64,000 nt of DNA from Gemmatimonadota bacterium (GTDB lineage: Bacteria; Gemmatimonadota; Gemmatimonadetes; Gemmatimonadales; GWC2-71-9). Position 1 is the first letter of the stretch. The number at the start of each line of letters is the position of its first letter. A program made the position numbers and the translations under genes. Positions 51,690-64,000 of the stretch are shown here, piece after piece. A model generated the notes under the pieces. That model made no database searches. It saw only the letters and a program-made list of their open reading frames with translations, and was not told the DNA's origin. The stretch is taken from contig JBDHAB010000004.1 in the NCBI GenBank assembly GCA_039588295.1, positions 1-64,000 on the forward strand, in the 5' to 3' direction.

Positions 51690-52672
51690 GGCGATCGCCG
51701 TTGCGGCTCCTCGAGCAGCCAGCAGCGGACACGTCGCGCTGCGGATTCTTCCGCGAGTGTCGGCAGTTCCGATCCACACCGCTCCCATGCGAGAGCGCAT
51801 CGCGGGTGGAATCGACAGCCGGCTGGCCAGTCGGATGCACGCGGCACGACTCCAGGGATTGCGGTCAGCCGGTGTGCCGGCCGGTCGAGTCGTGGCACGG
51901 CCTGCAACAGGGCGTCGGTATAGGGATGTGATGGTTGGGAGAAGAGGAGCGAGGTTGGAGCTTCCTCGACGATCTGGCCCCCGTACATGACGGCAATACG
52001 ATCCGCGAGGCCGGCAACCACACCGAGATCGTGGGAGATCAGAATCATGGCCATGCCGAGCCGGTGCTTGAGCTCCGCCAGCAACTCGAGGATCTGCGCC
52101 TGTACGGTGACGTCCAATGCGGTGGTCGGCTCGTCGGCGATGAGGATCTTGGGATCACATGCCAGGGCGATTGCGATCATGACGCGTTGCTGGAGTCCGC
52201 CACTCAGTTCGTGCGGATACGCGCGGATCCGGTGCTCGGCGTCGACAATACCGACCAAGTTCAGGAGTTCGACGGCGCGCTGGCGTGCTGCCCGACGACC
52301 GATGGATCGATGCGCCCGGAGCGTCTCGGTCACCTGGGTCCCGACCGACAGCACCGGATTGAGACTCGTAGTCGGCTCCTGGAAAATCATGGCGATCTCG
52401 GCCCCACGGATCCTGCGGAGTTCGCGCGACGACAGTGCCAACAGGTTCACACCGTCGTACTCGACAGTCGCCTCGTCCGCGATGTGGGCCGAGTCGTCGA
52501 GCAATCGCAGGATGGAAAGGGCCGTGACGGTCTTCCCGCAACCGGACTCACCAACGATCGCGAGTGTCTCACCTGGAGCTAGATCGAACGAGACGTCGTC
52601 GACGGCGCGAACCGTTCCCGCGTCTGAGGCGAACGTCGTCCGGAGCCGGCGAACCCTGAGCAGTGCAGTCAT
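51686..52672 (-). CDS. oppD: Oligopeptide ABC ATPase (OppD/DppD)
   Basis: GESGCGKT; DEPTTALDVTVQAQI; GCRFHPRC. Confidence 0.92.
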   Translation of the reverse strand: MTALLRVRRLRTTFASDAGTVRAVDDVSFDLAPGETLAIVGESGCGKTVTALSILRLLDDSAHIADEATVEYDGVNLLALSSRELRRIRGAEIAMIFQEPTTSLNPVLSVGTQVTETLRAHRSIGRRAARQRAVELLNLVGIVDAEHRIRAYPHELSGGLQQRVMIAIALACDPKILIADEPTTALDVTVQAQILELLAELKHRLGMAMILISHDLGVVAGLADRIAVMYGGQIVEEAPTSLLFSQPSHPYTDALLQAVPRLDRPAHRLTAIPGVVPRASDWPAGCRFHPRCALAWERCGSELPTLAEESAARRVRCWLLEEPQRRSP

Positions 52673-53505
52673 CGGGTCTGGGGATCGATGGCGTCCCGCA
52701 GCCCGTCACCTACGAGGCTGAACCCGATGACGGTCAGCACGATTGCGATGCCCGGGAACGTGGCTATCCACCAGGCCCTCGTGAGCAGAGCCTGGCCATC
52801 GGCGATCATCGTACCCCAAGAGGGCGTCGGCGGCTGCACGCCGATGCCCAGGTAGGAGAGGCCTGCCTCCAGCAACACGATCTGACCGATCCCGAGCGTG
52901 GCGGTGACGATGATGGGCGCCGCCACGTTGGGTAGCAGGTGACGGAACGCGACACGCGGCATGCCAAAGCCCAAGGCACGCGTGGCGACAATAAACTCGC
53001 GTGCCTTGAGGCTCATCACCTCGGCGCGCACGATGCGCGCCACGTCGAACCAACTCGTGAGCCCGATGACCATAATCAACCCAACGAGACCGACGTCATG
53101 CCACAGCGCAAGGACCAGCAGCAGCAGGAACACCCGCGGCACGGCCAGCGCCGCATCCACCAGGCGCATCAAGATCGTATCCAGTACACCGCCGAGCGCG
53201 CCGGAAATCAACCCGAGCGCCGCGCCGACCGTCACGGACAGTGCGACCGACAGCAACGCAACGGACAGCGAGATGCGTGCGCCGTGGAGCACCCGGGCCA
53301 CCATGTCGCGGCTGAAGAAGTCTGTGCCGAAGGGGTGTGCGATCGAAGGCGGCAAGAGCTGGCGATTCGCGAGGTCCAGCTGCACGGACGGGTCGTAGGA
53401 CGCCAGGACAGGGGCGAGGATCGCGAGCCCACCCAGCAGGGCCACCAGCACGAGCCCGACGCGGGCGCGATGTAACGCGAAGAACCGGTGCCACAACTCG
53501 GTCAT
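52669..53505 (-). CDS. oppC: Oligopeptide ABC permease (OppC/DppC)
   Basis: HPFGTD; ARIVRAEV; RHLLPN; PPTPSWG. Confidence 0.92.
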   Translation of the reverse strand: MTELWHRFFALHRARVGLVLVALLGGLAILAPVLASYDPSVQLDLANRQLLPPSIAHPFGTDFFSRDMVARVLHGARISLSVALLSVALSVTVGAALGLISGALGGVLDTILMRLVDAALAVPRVFLLLLVLALWHDVGLVGLIMVIGLTSWFDVARIVRAEVMSLKAREFIVATRALGFGMPRVAFRHLLPNVAAPIIVTATLGIGQIVLLEAGLSYLGIGVQPPTPSWGTMIADGQALLTRAWWIATFPGIAIVLTVIGFSLVGDGLRDAIDPQTR

Positions 53506-54485
53506 GCGGGACGCGTCCGGGGGTCGACCAGCCGGTACAGCACGTCGGCGAGGAGGTTGCCCAGCACCACCATGGTCGCGGTCACGATCGCCGCCCCCGT
53601 CACGACGGCGTAGTCACGACTATGGATCGCATTGACGGCGAGTCGTCCGAGGCCCGGCCACGCAAAGACCGACTCGACGAGCACGGCGCCGGAAAGGAGC
53701 AGGGGGAACGCGAGGCCGAAGAGCGTGATTGTCGGGAGCAAGGCGTTGCGCAGGGCATGCCGCACGATCACGGCTCGCTCTTCGAGGCCCTTCGCACGGG
53801 CGGTGCGCACGAATTCGCGGCGAATCACGTCCAACATTGCGGCCCGCTGATACCGCGCCGTGACAGCGGCGCCGACGAGCCCGAGGGTCACGGCGGGGAG
53901 CACGAGATGTCGCAGCCGATCCACCACCCGGCCGAGCCAGGTGAGTTGCTGATACACCACCGGATCCCTCGGCCCGGCGATTGGGAACCAGTGCAGGGTT
54001 TGGCCGAACACCAGGAGCAGCATGAGTCCCAGCCAGAACACCGGTGTGGAGTAGACGACCAGCGTCGCCACGGACAGGGTGTCGTCCGACCGTGACCCTG
54101 GGCGCGAGCCTTGGAACACCCCGATGAGCACCCCGAGCGGGAACATGATGACGAGCCCCGCGGCCGCGAGGAGCAACGTGTTGGGCACCCGCTCGACAAA
54201 TGCCTCACGAACGGGGCGATGTTGGGTGAAGGAGTAGCCGAAGTCCCCACGGATCAGATTCGCGAGATAGCGGAGGTACTGCTCGTGGATTGGCCGGTCG
54301 AGACCGAAGTTCCTTCGCTGTTGCTCGATGACCTCGGGAGCCACCCGGCCCGATTCGGCAGCGACGGTGAACGGGTTGCCAGGGGCCACCTGGACCAGCA
54401 CGAAGGTGAGGGTGGCGACCACGAACACGATCACGACCCCCTGCGCGGCGCGGGCCGCCAGGAGGCGGGTCAGGCTAGTTCCCAA
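53502..54485 (-). CDS. oppB: Oligopeptide ABC permease (OppB/DppB)
   Basis: GLDRP; GDFGYSF; RTARAKGL; RHALRNA; ESVFAWPGLG. Confidence 0.92.
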   Translation of the reverse strand: MGTSLTRLLAARAAQGVVIVFVVATLTFVLVQVAPGNPFTVAAESGRVAPEVIEQQRRNFGLDRPIHEQYLRYLANLIRGDFGYSFTQHRPVREAFVERVPNTLLLAAAGLVIMFPLGVLIGVFQGSRPGSRSDDTLSVATLVVYSTPVFWLGLMLLLVFGQTLHWFPIAGPRDPVVYQQLTWLGRVVDRLRHLVLPAVTLGLVGAAVTARYQRAAMLDVIRREFVRTARAKGLEERAVIVRHALRNALLPTITLFGLAFPLLLSGAVLVESVFAWPGLGRLAVNAIHSRDYAVVTGAAIVTATMVVLGNLLADVLYRLVDPRTRPA

Positions 54486-56136
54486 ACCGGTCGCGACTCA
54501 GCACGCGGGTAGTTGGGACGCTCCACTTCCAGAGGTTCGTGGCCCATTGATCCGGCCGGAGCGACACGTTGTCGAACCGGGTGTGCACGCCGGCCGTCAT
54601 GAGCGGGGAGTAGATCCAGATCGCCGGTGCGTCGTCGATGATTGCCTGGACTGCCTCTCGCCAGCGCCCACGTGCCGTGGTCGCATCGGTCGCCGCGTTC
54701 GCCTCGTTGACGAGCCGATCGACTGTGCCGTTGCGGTAGCCTCCGTAGTTGAATCCCCCGATCGCCGCGGAACTCCAGACCTCCCCCACCGATGCCGGGC
54801 TGATCTCGCCGCCATAGGAACCAAAGAAGGCGTCAAACGCGCCAGAGCGAGCTCGGCTCAGGGCGGCGTTGAACTCCAGCTCGGTGATGGTCACGCCCAC
54901 ACCGATCCGCCGCAACTGATCCTGGATGATCTGCGCCGCGCGACGCCTGACGGTACTCGAGGTTGGGACGAGCAGGTCAAACGCGAGCGATCGACCGGCC
55001 CGATCGAGGATGCCGTCGCCATCGGAGTCCCGCCAGCCGGCTGACGCGAGCGTTGCTCCCGCTTCCGCTGAATCGAACGGCAGCGCCTCGAAGCCCTCGT
55101 TCCAGATCCATAGCGCAGGGCTCACGGGGCCGGGCGGCACCAGACCATGATCTCCGAAGATCGCACGCACGATGGCCTGACGGTCGATGGCGCCTGAGAG
55201 TGCCCGACGAATGACCCGCTCCGAAAACAGCGGGTGTGGTTGGGCCGGTTGGTCGGGGTCCCGGAAGTTGAACTGCACGTACCCGTAAACCGACGATGGG
55301 TAATCGACGACGCGCAGGTGCTCGGCCTCCTCGACCCGCTGCACGTTGTCGGGCCCACCGAGGAAGTTCAACACGTCTGCCTCGCCGGCCACGAGCTGCG
55401 TGAGCGCGGTGGGCATGTCTCCGGTGACACGCCAGATTATGCGCCTCAGGCCGGGACGCCCGAGGAAGAACCCCGAGTCCGCCTCCAGCTCGATGGTCTC
55501 GCCGGCATCCCACCGTACGAAGCGCAGGGGTCCGTTGCCGACCGGGTTTCGGCCGAACGGGTGAGAGGCGAGTTCGCCCCGGGGCACCGTGTCCAGCAGG
55601 TGCTTGGGGACCATGCGCATGTGGTACACCGCGTCGAAGAACTGTTCCGCGTAGGCTTGGCGAAACCGGAACACCGCTGTGTGTGTGTCGCGAGCGGACA
55701 CGGAGCTGATGCGATCGAGTCGTGAGCTCGCAGTCGACGCGACCAGGGTGTCACGATACACATCGAATGTGAAGGCGACGTCCTCGGCAGTGACGGGAGC
55801 GCCGTCGTGCCAGCGCGCATCGGCTCGCAGGGTGATCTCGAGCGTTAAAGGGTCCACGAATTGCCAGGAGTCCGCGAGCACCGGCACAAAATCCGCATCA
55901 CCGATGGTACCGAGCGACGGGCCGACGTCCGCCAGCTTGAGAAACAGCAGGTCGCTGACGGCGATTCCGACATCCTGCTGCGTGACTGGTGGGAGCAGGA
56001 CGTCTGCATCCGCCCCGACCACGACCACGGCCGTACCGCACCAGTCACCTTCACAGGTGAGTTCCGCGCCGCACGACCAGCTCGTTGTGAGGACCGTGAG
56101 CGCCGTCAGGAGTTGGCGAAACTGAGGGTAGCGCAT
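54475..56136 (-). CDS. oppA: Peptide ABC substrate-binding lipoprotein (family 5)
   Basis: WHDGAPVTAEDVAFT; PVGNGP; GWRDSDGDGIL. Confidence 0.9.
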   Translation of the reverse strand: MRYPQFRQLLTALTVLTTSWSCGAELTCEGDWCGTAVVVVGADADVLLPPVTQQDVGIAVSDLLFLKLADVGPSLGTIGDADFVPVLADSWQFVDPLTLEITLRADARWHDGAPVTAEDVAFTFDVYRDTLVASTASSRLDRISSVSARDTHTAVFRFRQAYAEQFFDAVYHMRMVPKHLLDTVPRGELASHPFGRNPVGNGPLRFVRWDAGETIELEADSGFFLGRPGLRRIIWRVTGDMPTALTQLVAGEADVLNFLGGPDNVQRVEEAEHLRVVDYPSSVYGYVQFNFRDPDQPAQPHPLFSERVIRRALSGAIDRQAIVRAIFGDHGLVPPGPVSPALWIWNEGFEALPFDSAEAGATLASAGWRDSDGDGILDRAGRSLAFDLLVPTSSTVRRRAAQIIQDQLRRIGVGVTITELEFNAALSRARSGAFDAFFGSYGGEISPASVGEVWSSAAIGGFNYGGYRNGTVDRLVNEANAATDATTARGRWREAVQAIIDDAPAIWIYSPLMTAGVHTRFDNVSLRPDQWATNLWKWSVPTTRVLSRDRFGN

Positions 56137-56162
56137 GTGTGGCTCACCCCTTCGGGATGGGA

Positions 56163-57016
56163 TCAGCGGCGCCACGTCCACGTGGGGTCACGAAAACGTG
56201 TAGTCGCGTCCTCGAGCGGCTCCGGCTGCGCGCGGGTCCACACCGTGCCCCATGCATCGTATGCGGTCTCCGCAATCACCCGGGCCACCTCCGTGAAGGC
56301 CACCCTGCGACCGAGCAACGCCGAGAGGCCTGTGGCCGTCGGCGGCTCCGCCACGCCTCGGATGACCTGTGATACGACGTCCTGACCGTCCTCGAGGAGG
56401 ATGGACCCGTGCTGCAACAACGCTTCCCCCTCACGGACTTGGGCGCTGCCCACCAGCTTGCGCCCCCCGACGACAATCTCGCCACCCACGGGTTGTGCGA
56501 AACATGCACCGCCCCCTGGCCCCACCGACCGGTGATGAGAGCGCGGCGCCAGCTTGGCGGGGACGCCGAGTCGTTGCAGCGCCGTCGCCAGCATTCCGTG
56601 AATGCTAATGTATGCCTCGTGGAGCGATCCGAACAATGCGCTCGGAGCCGACACGGCATAGGTGACCTCGTGCTCGTGCCACACCGCACGACCGCCGGTC
56701 GGCCGTCGGACGGTGTCGAGCCCGAGGGCAGCGATGCGGTCTCGGTCGTACCGGCTCGTTGCGGGCTCGTTTCGGCCGAAGGACAAGCACGGCGGGGACC
56801 AGCGATAGAGTCGCAGCGACGCTATGCCGTCCTGCGCCGCGCGGAGCAGCGTCCAGTCGAGCGCCATGTTGTCGGCGCCGGCACGGGCGTCGGTGTCCAC
56901 CACCAGCTGCCAACGCCCGCGGGCGCTCCAGCGCTGCTGCCGGCTCGTGCTTGCGTGCTGCGGCGTGGTCACCCCCGAGGCGGTGATGCCGGAGGACTGC
57001 CGTGTCGCGCCGCTCG

Positions 57017-57020
<4 letters not shown>
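56163..57020 (-). CDS. Lipoate-protein ligase A / LipM-like octanoyltransferase
   Basis: [36 protein letters not shown]. Confidence 0.88.
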
Positions 57021-59923
<2,903 letters not shown>

Positions 59924-60015
59924 GGATGTCTACCCCATTATGCAAGCGCCCCGGGGGGTCCCAGGGCGCCGTTCGATCAAATCGCTTGTCCGTCCCCCCC
60001 AGCCTCGCCGCGCCG

Positions 60016-60402
60016 CTACTCCCCGATGTGTGATGCGTAGTCGGCGGCGGTCAGGAGCGGGCTCAGATCCTCGGGATTGCGGATCTGCAGCTTGATCATC
60101 CAGCCCTCGCCGTACGGGTCGCGGTTGACCAACGCCGGATCACTCTCGAGGGCGCCGTTGACTTCGACGACCTCGCCTGCTATCGGGCAGAACAACTGCG
60201 AAACCGCCTTCACCGCTTCGATGGTGCCGAACACATCCATTTGACTGAGGCTCGTCGCGACCTCGGGTAGTTCGACATAGACGATGTCCCCGAGTTCTCC
60301 CTGTGCGTAGTCAGTGATCCCGACCACGACGACCCCGCTGTCTTCGGGTTTCACGTACTCGTGTTCTTCGGTGTAATGCAGGTTCTCAGGAATCTCGGAC
60401 AT
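60016..60402 (-). CDS. gcvH: Glycine cleavage H protein
   Basis: GITDYAQGELGDIVYVELP; EAVKAVS; DPYGEGW. Confidence 0.98.
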   Translation of the reverse strand: MSEIPENLHYTEEHEYVKPEDSGVVVVGITDYAQGELGDIVYVELPEVATSLSQMDVFGTIEAVKAVSQLFCPIAGEVVEVNGALESDPALVNRDPYGEGWMIKLQIRNPEDLSPLLTAADYASHIGE

Positions 60403-60463
60403 TGGCATTCCGCCGTTGAGGACTCAGTTGGCGAGGGTAGGTTATCTGGCGTCCCATACCCTG

Positions 60464-61711
60464 TCAACTGCCGTTGATTACCGCGAACAGGTCCCACAGG
60501 GGAGCCCCGAACTGCTCGCGTGCTCGATACCACTCACGGTTGATCTGCAGGGCGGTCGCGAGGGTCTGGGTGCCAACCAGCCCGCACGCGGGTGGCAGAT
60601 CCCGGACCGCGGACCGCTTGGTCTCGCTCCAGGGTCGGATGTCCACGCCCGCGGCGATGCCGTCAGCTGCAAGCGCTGACACCATTTCCTGAGCGGGTGG
60701 TTCGGGTACCGACGGCGACGCGATGTAGTAGAGCGCGGCGGATGAGCCGGTTGCGCTCCATGCCTCATCAACCCACGCATGTACCGCTTGATGGTCGGGA
60801 TGGCCGTTCATGCCGTCCGGGCCGAACGTTACCAGCACCGCAGGGTCTTCGGCGCGGATCCGGTCCGTGAGTCGCTGGGTGACCGTCGTGTCGCTCCGGT
60901 CGAACGCACCCGAAAACGTGGCGAGCGAGCTCCAGATGACGGTGGGGTGCAAGGAGCCGGCTGGGGGCCGGGGCGCGGCTGCCATCGAGATCACGTGCAC
61001 GGCACACCCCGCGTCGGCATAGCGAGCCAGGGTGCCACCCACCGCGAACGGTGCATCGGCAGGGTGTGCGACGACCACGAGCAAGCTTCCCCCCTTACCA
61101 GCCGCCTGGCGCGCGGCGCCGGTCCGCACGGTGTGCCATGCCTCGCGAGCGGCCTGCTCGAGATCTCCCAGGGTACCATGGTTCTGGATGATCACGTGAC
61201 TGCGTGCCCGTTTCGCTTCGGTCGGCTGTTGCGAGCGGAGCAAACGGTCCGCCTCGGAGGTCGAGAGATCCCGTGTGGCGATCAGTCGGTCTCGACGTAC
61301 TGATTCCGGCGTGTCTACCAGCACGATGAGATCGAACGCACGGGGATCGAGTGCCTCGAAGAGCAAAGGGATGTCATTCACCACGACGAGGTCGCCGCGA
61401 CGGGCGGCCACCGCGGCGAGCTCGTCTCGCTTTCGCCGAACGGCGGGGTGCACGATCGCATTGAGGTCGGCGAGGGCCGCCGGGTCGCCCATGACGAGGC
61501 GCCGGAGCGCGCCCCGGTCGAGGGAGCCATCGCGCGTGATGATCTCGGAGCCGAATCGGTCTCCGATGTCGCGCACGACCGCCGAGCCCGGCTGCTGCAC
61601 CGCCCGCACGAGCTTGTCCGCGTCGATGGTGGTCGCGCCCCAGTCCCGGAAGTGTCGCAGCACCGTCGACTTGCCGCTGGCGACGTTGCCCGTCAGTCCG
61701 ACGTTGAACAC
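60464..61711 (-). CDS. coaE: Dephospho-CoA kinase fused to a PIG-L/LmbE-like domain
   Basis: GLTGNVASGKST..DAD..IVHP..DIPLLFE, then in frame LLVVVAHPADA..GGTLARY and TFGPDGMNGHPDH. Confidence 0.88.
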   Translation of the reverse strand: MFNVGLTGNVASGKSTVLRHFRDWGATTIDADKLVRAVQQPGSAVVRDIGDRFGSEIITRDGSLDRGALRRLVMGDPAALADLNAIVHPAVRRKRDELAAVAARRGDLVVVNDIPLLFEALDPRAFDLIVLVDTPESVRRDRLIATRDLSTSEADRLLRSQQPTEAKRARSHVIIQNHGTLGDLEQAAREAWHTVRTGAARQAAGKGGSLLVVVAHPADAPFAVGGTLARYADAGCAVHVISMAAAPRPPAGSLHPTVIWSSLATFSGAFDRSDTTVTQRLTDRIRAEDPAVLVTFGPDGMNGHPDHQAVHAWVDEAWSATGSSAALYYIASPSVPEPPAQEMVSALAADGIAAGVDIRPWSETKRSAVRDLPPACGLVGTQTLATALQINREWYRAREQFGAPLWDLFAVINGS

Positions 61712-61778
61712 GGCGATGCGTTGTTCGAGGAGGACACGGTCAGCTGCCTGCTCGTGGTCCGCGTGTGGCCGACATCCT

Positions 61779-62381
61779 TCACAGAAACGTCGTCTGATCC
61801 TCGTCCTTGCGGGGAACCTCGTGGCAATGGCGGCAGCGTGCTTCGTAGGCCTCGCTCCCGCCGACCATGATCGTCGGTGAGTCGTACCGAGCCGGTCGAC
61901 CATCGATGAGCCGCTGGTTTCGGCAGGCGGGATCGCCGCACCGGACGCAGATCGCGTGGAGCTTATCGACCACCTCGGCGACGGCCATGAGTTCGGGTAT
62001 GGCGCCGAACGGCTCGCCGCGGAAGTCTGTATCCGTCCCGGCCACGATCACCCGCACGCCGCGTCGCGCGAGCGCCGTGCAGACGTCGATGATGCCCTGG
62101 TCGAGGAATTGCGCCTCATCGACGGCCACGACTTCGGCCTCCGGCCGGATCTCACGCATGATCTCGGACGAGGAATCCGCGGGCTGGGCCTCGACCGAGA
62201 GACCGTCGTGCGTTGTCACTCGGTAGAGGCCGTAGCGATCATCCACATGCGACTTGAACACCTGCACCCGTTTCTTGGCGATGATGGCGCGGCGCACGCG
62301 GCGGATCAGCTCCTCGCTTTTCCCGGCAAACATCACGCCGGTGATGATCTCGATCCATCCGGGTTGTGTGCTGTGAACCAT
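61779..62381 (-). CDS. tdk: Thymidine kinase
   Basis: [36 protein letters not shown]. Confidence 0.98.
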   Translation of the reverse strand: MVHSTQPGWIEIITGVMFAGKSEELIRRVRRAIIAKKRVQVFKSHVDDRYGLYRVTTHDGLSVEAQPADSSSEIMREIRPEAEVVAVDEAQFLDQGIIDVCTALARRGVRVIVAGTDTDFRGEPFGAIPELMAVAEVVDKLHAICVRCGDPACRNQRLIDGRPARYDSPTIMVGGSEAYEARCRHCHEVPRKDEDQTTFL

Positions 62382-62559
62382 TGATCCGCCGTTCCGGTCC
62401 CCACGTGGAGAGGCTATCGCTTTGGTCCCAATGCGGCAAGCGGGTTGCCAAGAACCGCCGCCTCTCCTTACTTAGTCTCCTGCGTTGCCGGTCCGTGGAC
62501 CGGCGGACCAAGCGGTCTTGGCCGCTCGTCTCAATCCTATCGCCAAAAGGGGGTTCTGG

Positions 62560-62841
62560 GTGAACAAGACGGAACTGATCGAGACGCTCGCGTCGCAGGC
62601 GGGCCTCTCGAAGGCGGATGCCGGTCGCGCTGTCGAGGCTCTGTTTGCGGACGACGGACTCATCGCCAACACGCTGAAACGCGGCGGTCGGGTTCAGATC
62701 ACGGGATTTGGAACGTTCGTGGCACGAAAGCGTGCGGCCCGCACCGGCCGGGATCCCCGGACCGGCCAGAGCATTCAGATTGGTGCGGCCACACTGCCGG
62801 CGTTCAAGGCCGGGCAAGCCCTGAAGGACGCGCTGAACTAA
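62560..62841 (+). CDS. hup: HU-family DNA-binding protein
   Basis: MNKTELI; GFGTF; RAARTGRDPRTG; PAFKAG. Confidence 0.97.
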   Translation: MNKTELIETLASQAGLSKADAGRAVEALFADDGLIANTLKRGGRVQITGFGTFVARKRAARTGRDPRTGQSIQIGAATLPAFKAGQALKDALN

Positions 62842-62854
62842 AGACTTGCGGACT

Positions 62855-62888
62855 CGGTCGGCGGGCGGGTCATGCCGCCCGCCGACCG
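62855..62888. terminator. Hairpin between convergent genes
   Basis: cggtcggcgggcgg-gtcatg-ccgcccgccgaccg. Confidence 0.7.
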
Positions 62889-62933
62889 TCGTTCATGCGG
62901 GCCGGTGTCCGATCCCTCTCCGCCGGTCGGCCG

Positions 62934-64000
62934 CTACTTGCGATCGAACCGTGCGGACACCGTTCGCCCGCGTAACGTGAGCCCGTCTAACCCCTGCCGC
63001 GCCCGCTCGCCGGCTTCGGCGCGCACCTCCACCACCGTGAAGCTCTCGCGAACGTCGACTTTCCCGACGGCGTTCTTGGTGAGCCCGGCGGCATTGAGCA
63101 ACGCTCCGACCACGTCGGACGTCCGCACCTGATCGCGGCGCCCGAGGCTGAGGCGTACGTGCGTCCAGAGGGGGAGATCGCCGAGGCCGGTGGGCCCGGT
63201 GGGCGTGCCCGTTGGCGGTATCTCGACCATCGCGGCCGCCACGAGCACCGGATCGTACTCCTCGAGCAGTGGGGACAGCGCCAGCACGGTGGGCTCGATG
63301 GTTCCTTGGTCAATGCGCTCGCGCACGCGTTGCCGCAGCGCCGCTTGCCACTCGCGGGCGCGATCCGATTCCCCGGGCAGGCGCAGCGCCGTCAAGCGGT
63401 CCACCATAGAACGGAGGTAGGAGAGTTGCCCCGGTCGGACGAGGAGGATGACTTCGCTCGCCGACTCGCGGAGTCCGGCAAGCATCGCCGCCGTCGGCAG
63501 CTCGGCGGCCACGGCGAGGTCGACCGTCGCGGCGCCAGGATCCTCGGTCACGGTGACCGATTCGTCTTCCTCGTATTCGGCCCACCGGGCCTGACGCGCC
63601 GAGGATGGATCCCACAGAAGCACCGAGTCCGGGTTGGTGATGTCCAGGACGGTGCGGACACCCGCGACCACGCGCGCGGCGGGTACGATGGCGTACCGCG
63701 CCGAGCCGCGTGGCAGGTCCGGTGGCCGTGCCGCGGAAAGTACTGCGGCCCGCCGTGCATGGCGCTCGACAAAATCCGCAGCCGCCCGCTCGTCCGCAGT
63801 GACGATAATGCGCTGAGCGCTCCGGCACTCGCTGAGCAGCGAGTCGAGCGCGGGGCCGGAGTCGAGGGGGAGCTGTGCCTCTGGCCAGCAGACGAGGATT
63901 CGGGCGAGTGATTCCACTTGGAGCTGCGATCGTGCGAGCAGCTGAAGCGCCTGCTGGGGTGTGGTGATAAGGGTGCCGACCGCAGACCGGCCGAGGAGTC
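62934..64000 (-). CDS. Degenerate DEAD-box-like protein with C-terminal DbpA RNA-binding domain (5'-partial)
   Basis: C-terminal LSLGRRDQVRTSDVVGAL..VGKVDVRESFTVVEV; the frame is open to the window end. Confidence 0.8.
   Translation of the reverse strand, partial: LLGRSAVGTLITTPQQALQLLARSQLQVESLARILVCWPEAQLPLDSGPALDSLLSECRSAQRIIVTADERAAADFVERHARRAAVLSAARPPDLPRGSARYAIVPAARVVAGVRTVLDITNPDSVLLWDPSSARQARWAEYEEDESVTVTEDPGAATVDLAVAAELPTAAMLAGLRESASEVILLVRPGQLSYLRSMVDRLTALRLPGESDRAREWQAALRQRVRERIDQGTIEPTVLALSPLLEEYDPVLVAAAMVEIPPTGTPTGPTGLGDLPLWTHVRLSLGRRDQVRTSDVVGALLNAAGLTKNAVGKVDVRESFTVVEVRAEAGERARQGLDGLTLRGRTVSARFDRK

Noticed and set aside
59924..60463. Glycine riboswitch for gcvH/gcvP
   Set aside because: The intergenic gaps are short and show no aptamer consensus; only a simple hairpin near 59946-59969.
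61712..61903. CoaE N-terminal extension overlapping tdk
   Set aside because: CoaE similarity starts at the GTG at 61711; the extension is a shadow of tdk.

Overview
GC-rich bacterial chromosome segment, inferred to be Gemmatimonadota from gene order, protein style and a lineage-typical kinase N-terminus. Most of the window (5.6-64 kb) is housekeeping: a sigma-70 factor, mlaEFD, F1 ATP synthase atpAGDC, outer-membrane beta-barrel genes, waaA, metG, ricT, accA, dnaE, a surface peptidase cluster, Glu dehydrogenase, the PDH/lipoylation operon, an Opp/Dpp-type ABC transporter, gcvH/gcvP, coaE, tdk and HU. The first ~4.7 kb is an accessory region downstream of a minus-strand tRNA operon. That operon has four intact tRNAs (Ala, Gly, fMet, Val) and then two genes (Arg-like, Pro-CGG) that break off at or just after the anticodon loop. 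Next to the break are att-like direct repeats and hairpins. Beyond them lies a string of small unrelated genes separated by four copies of one ~30-nt palindrome, including an AT-rich cupin gene that interrupts a kinase-like stub. This cassette-like array is the best candidate for an undescribed system, but no recombinase lies in the window. Other notable items are a CoaE-PIG-L-like fusion, a DEAD-box-like protein lacking the DEAD motif, a zinc-ribbon/PspA/RemA-like operon, a 28-aa membrane peptide and a degenerate CIRCE. All calls come from reading the sequence by eye; no database searches were run.
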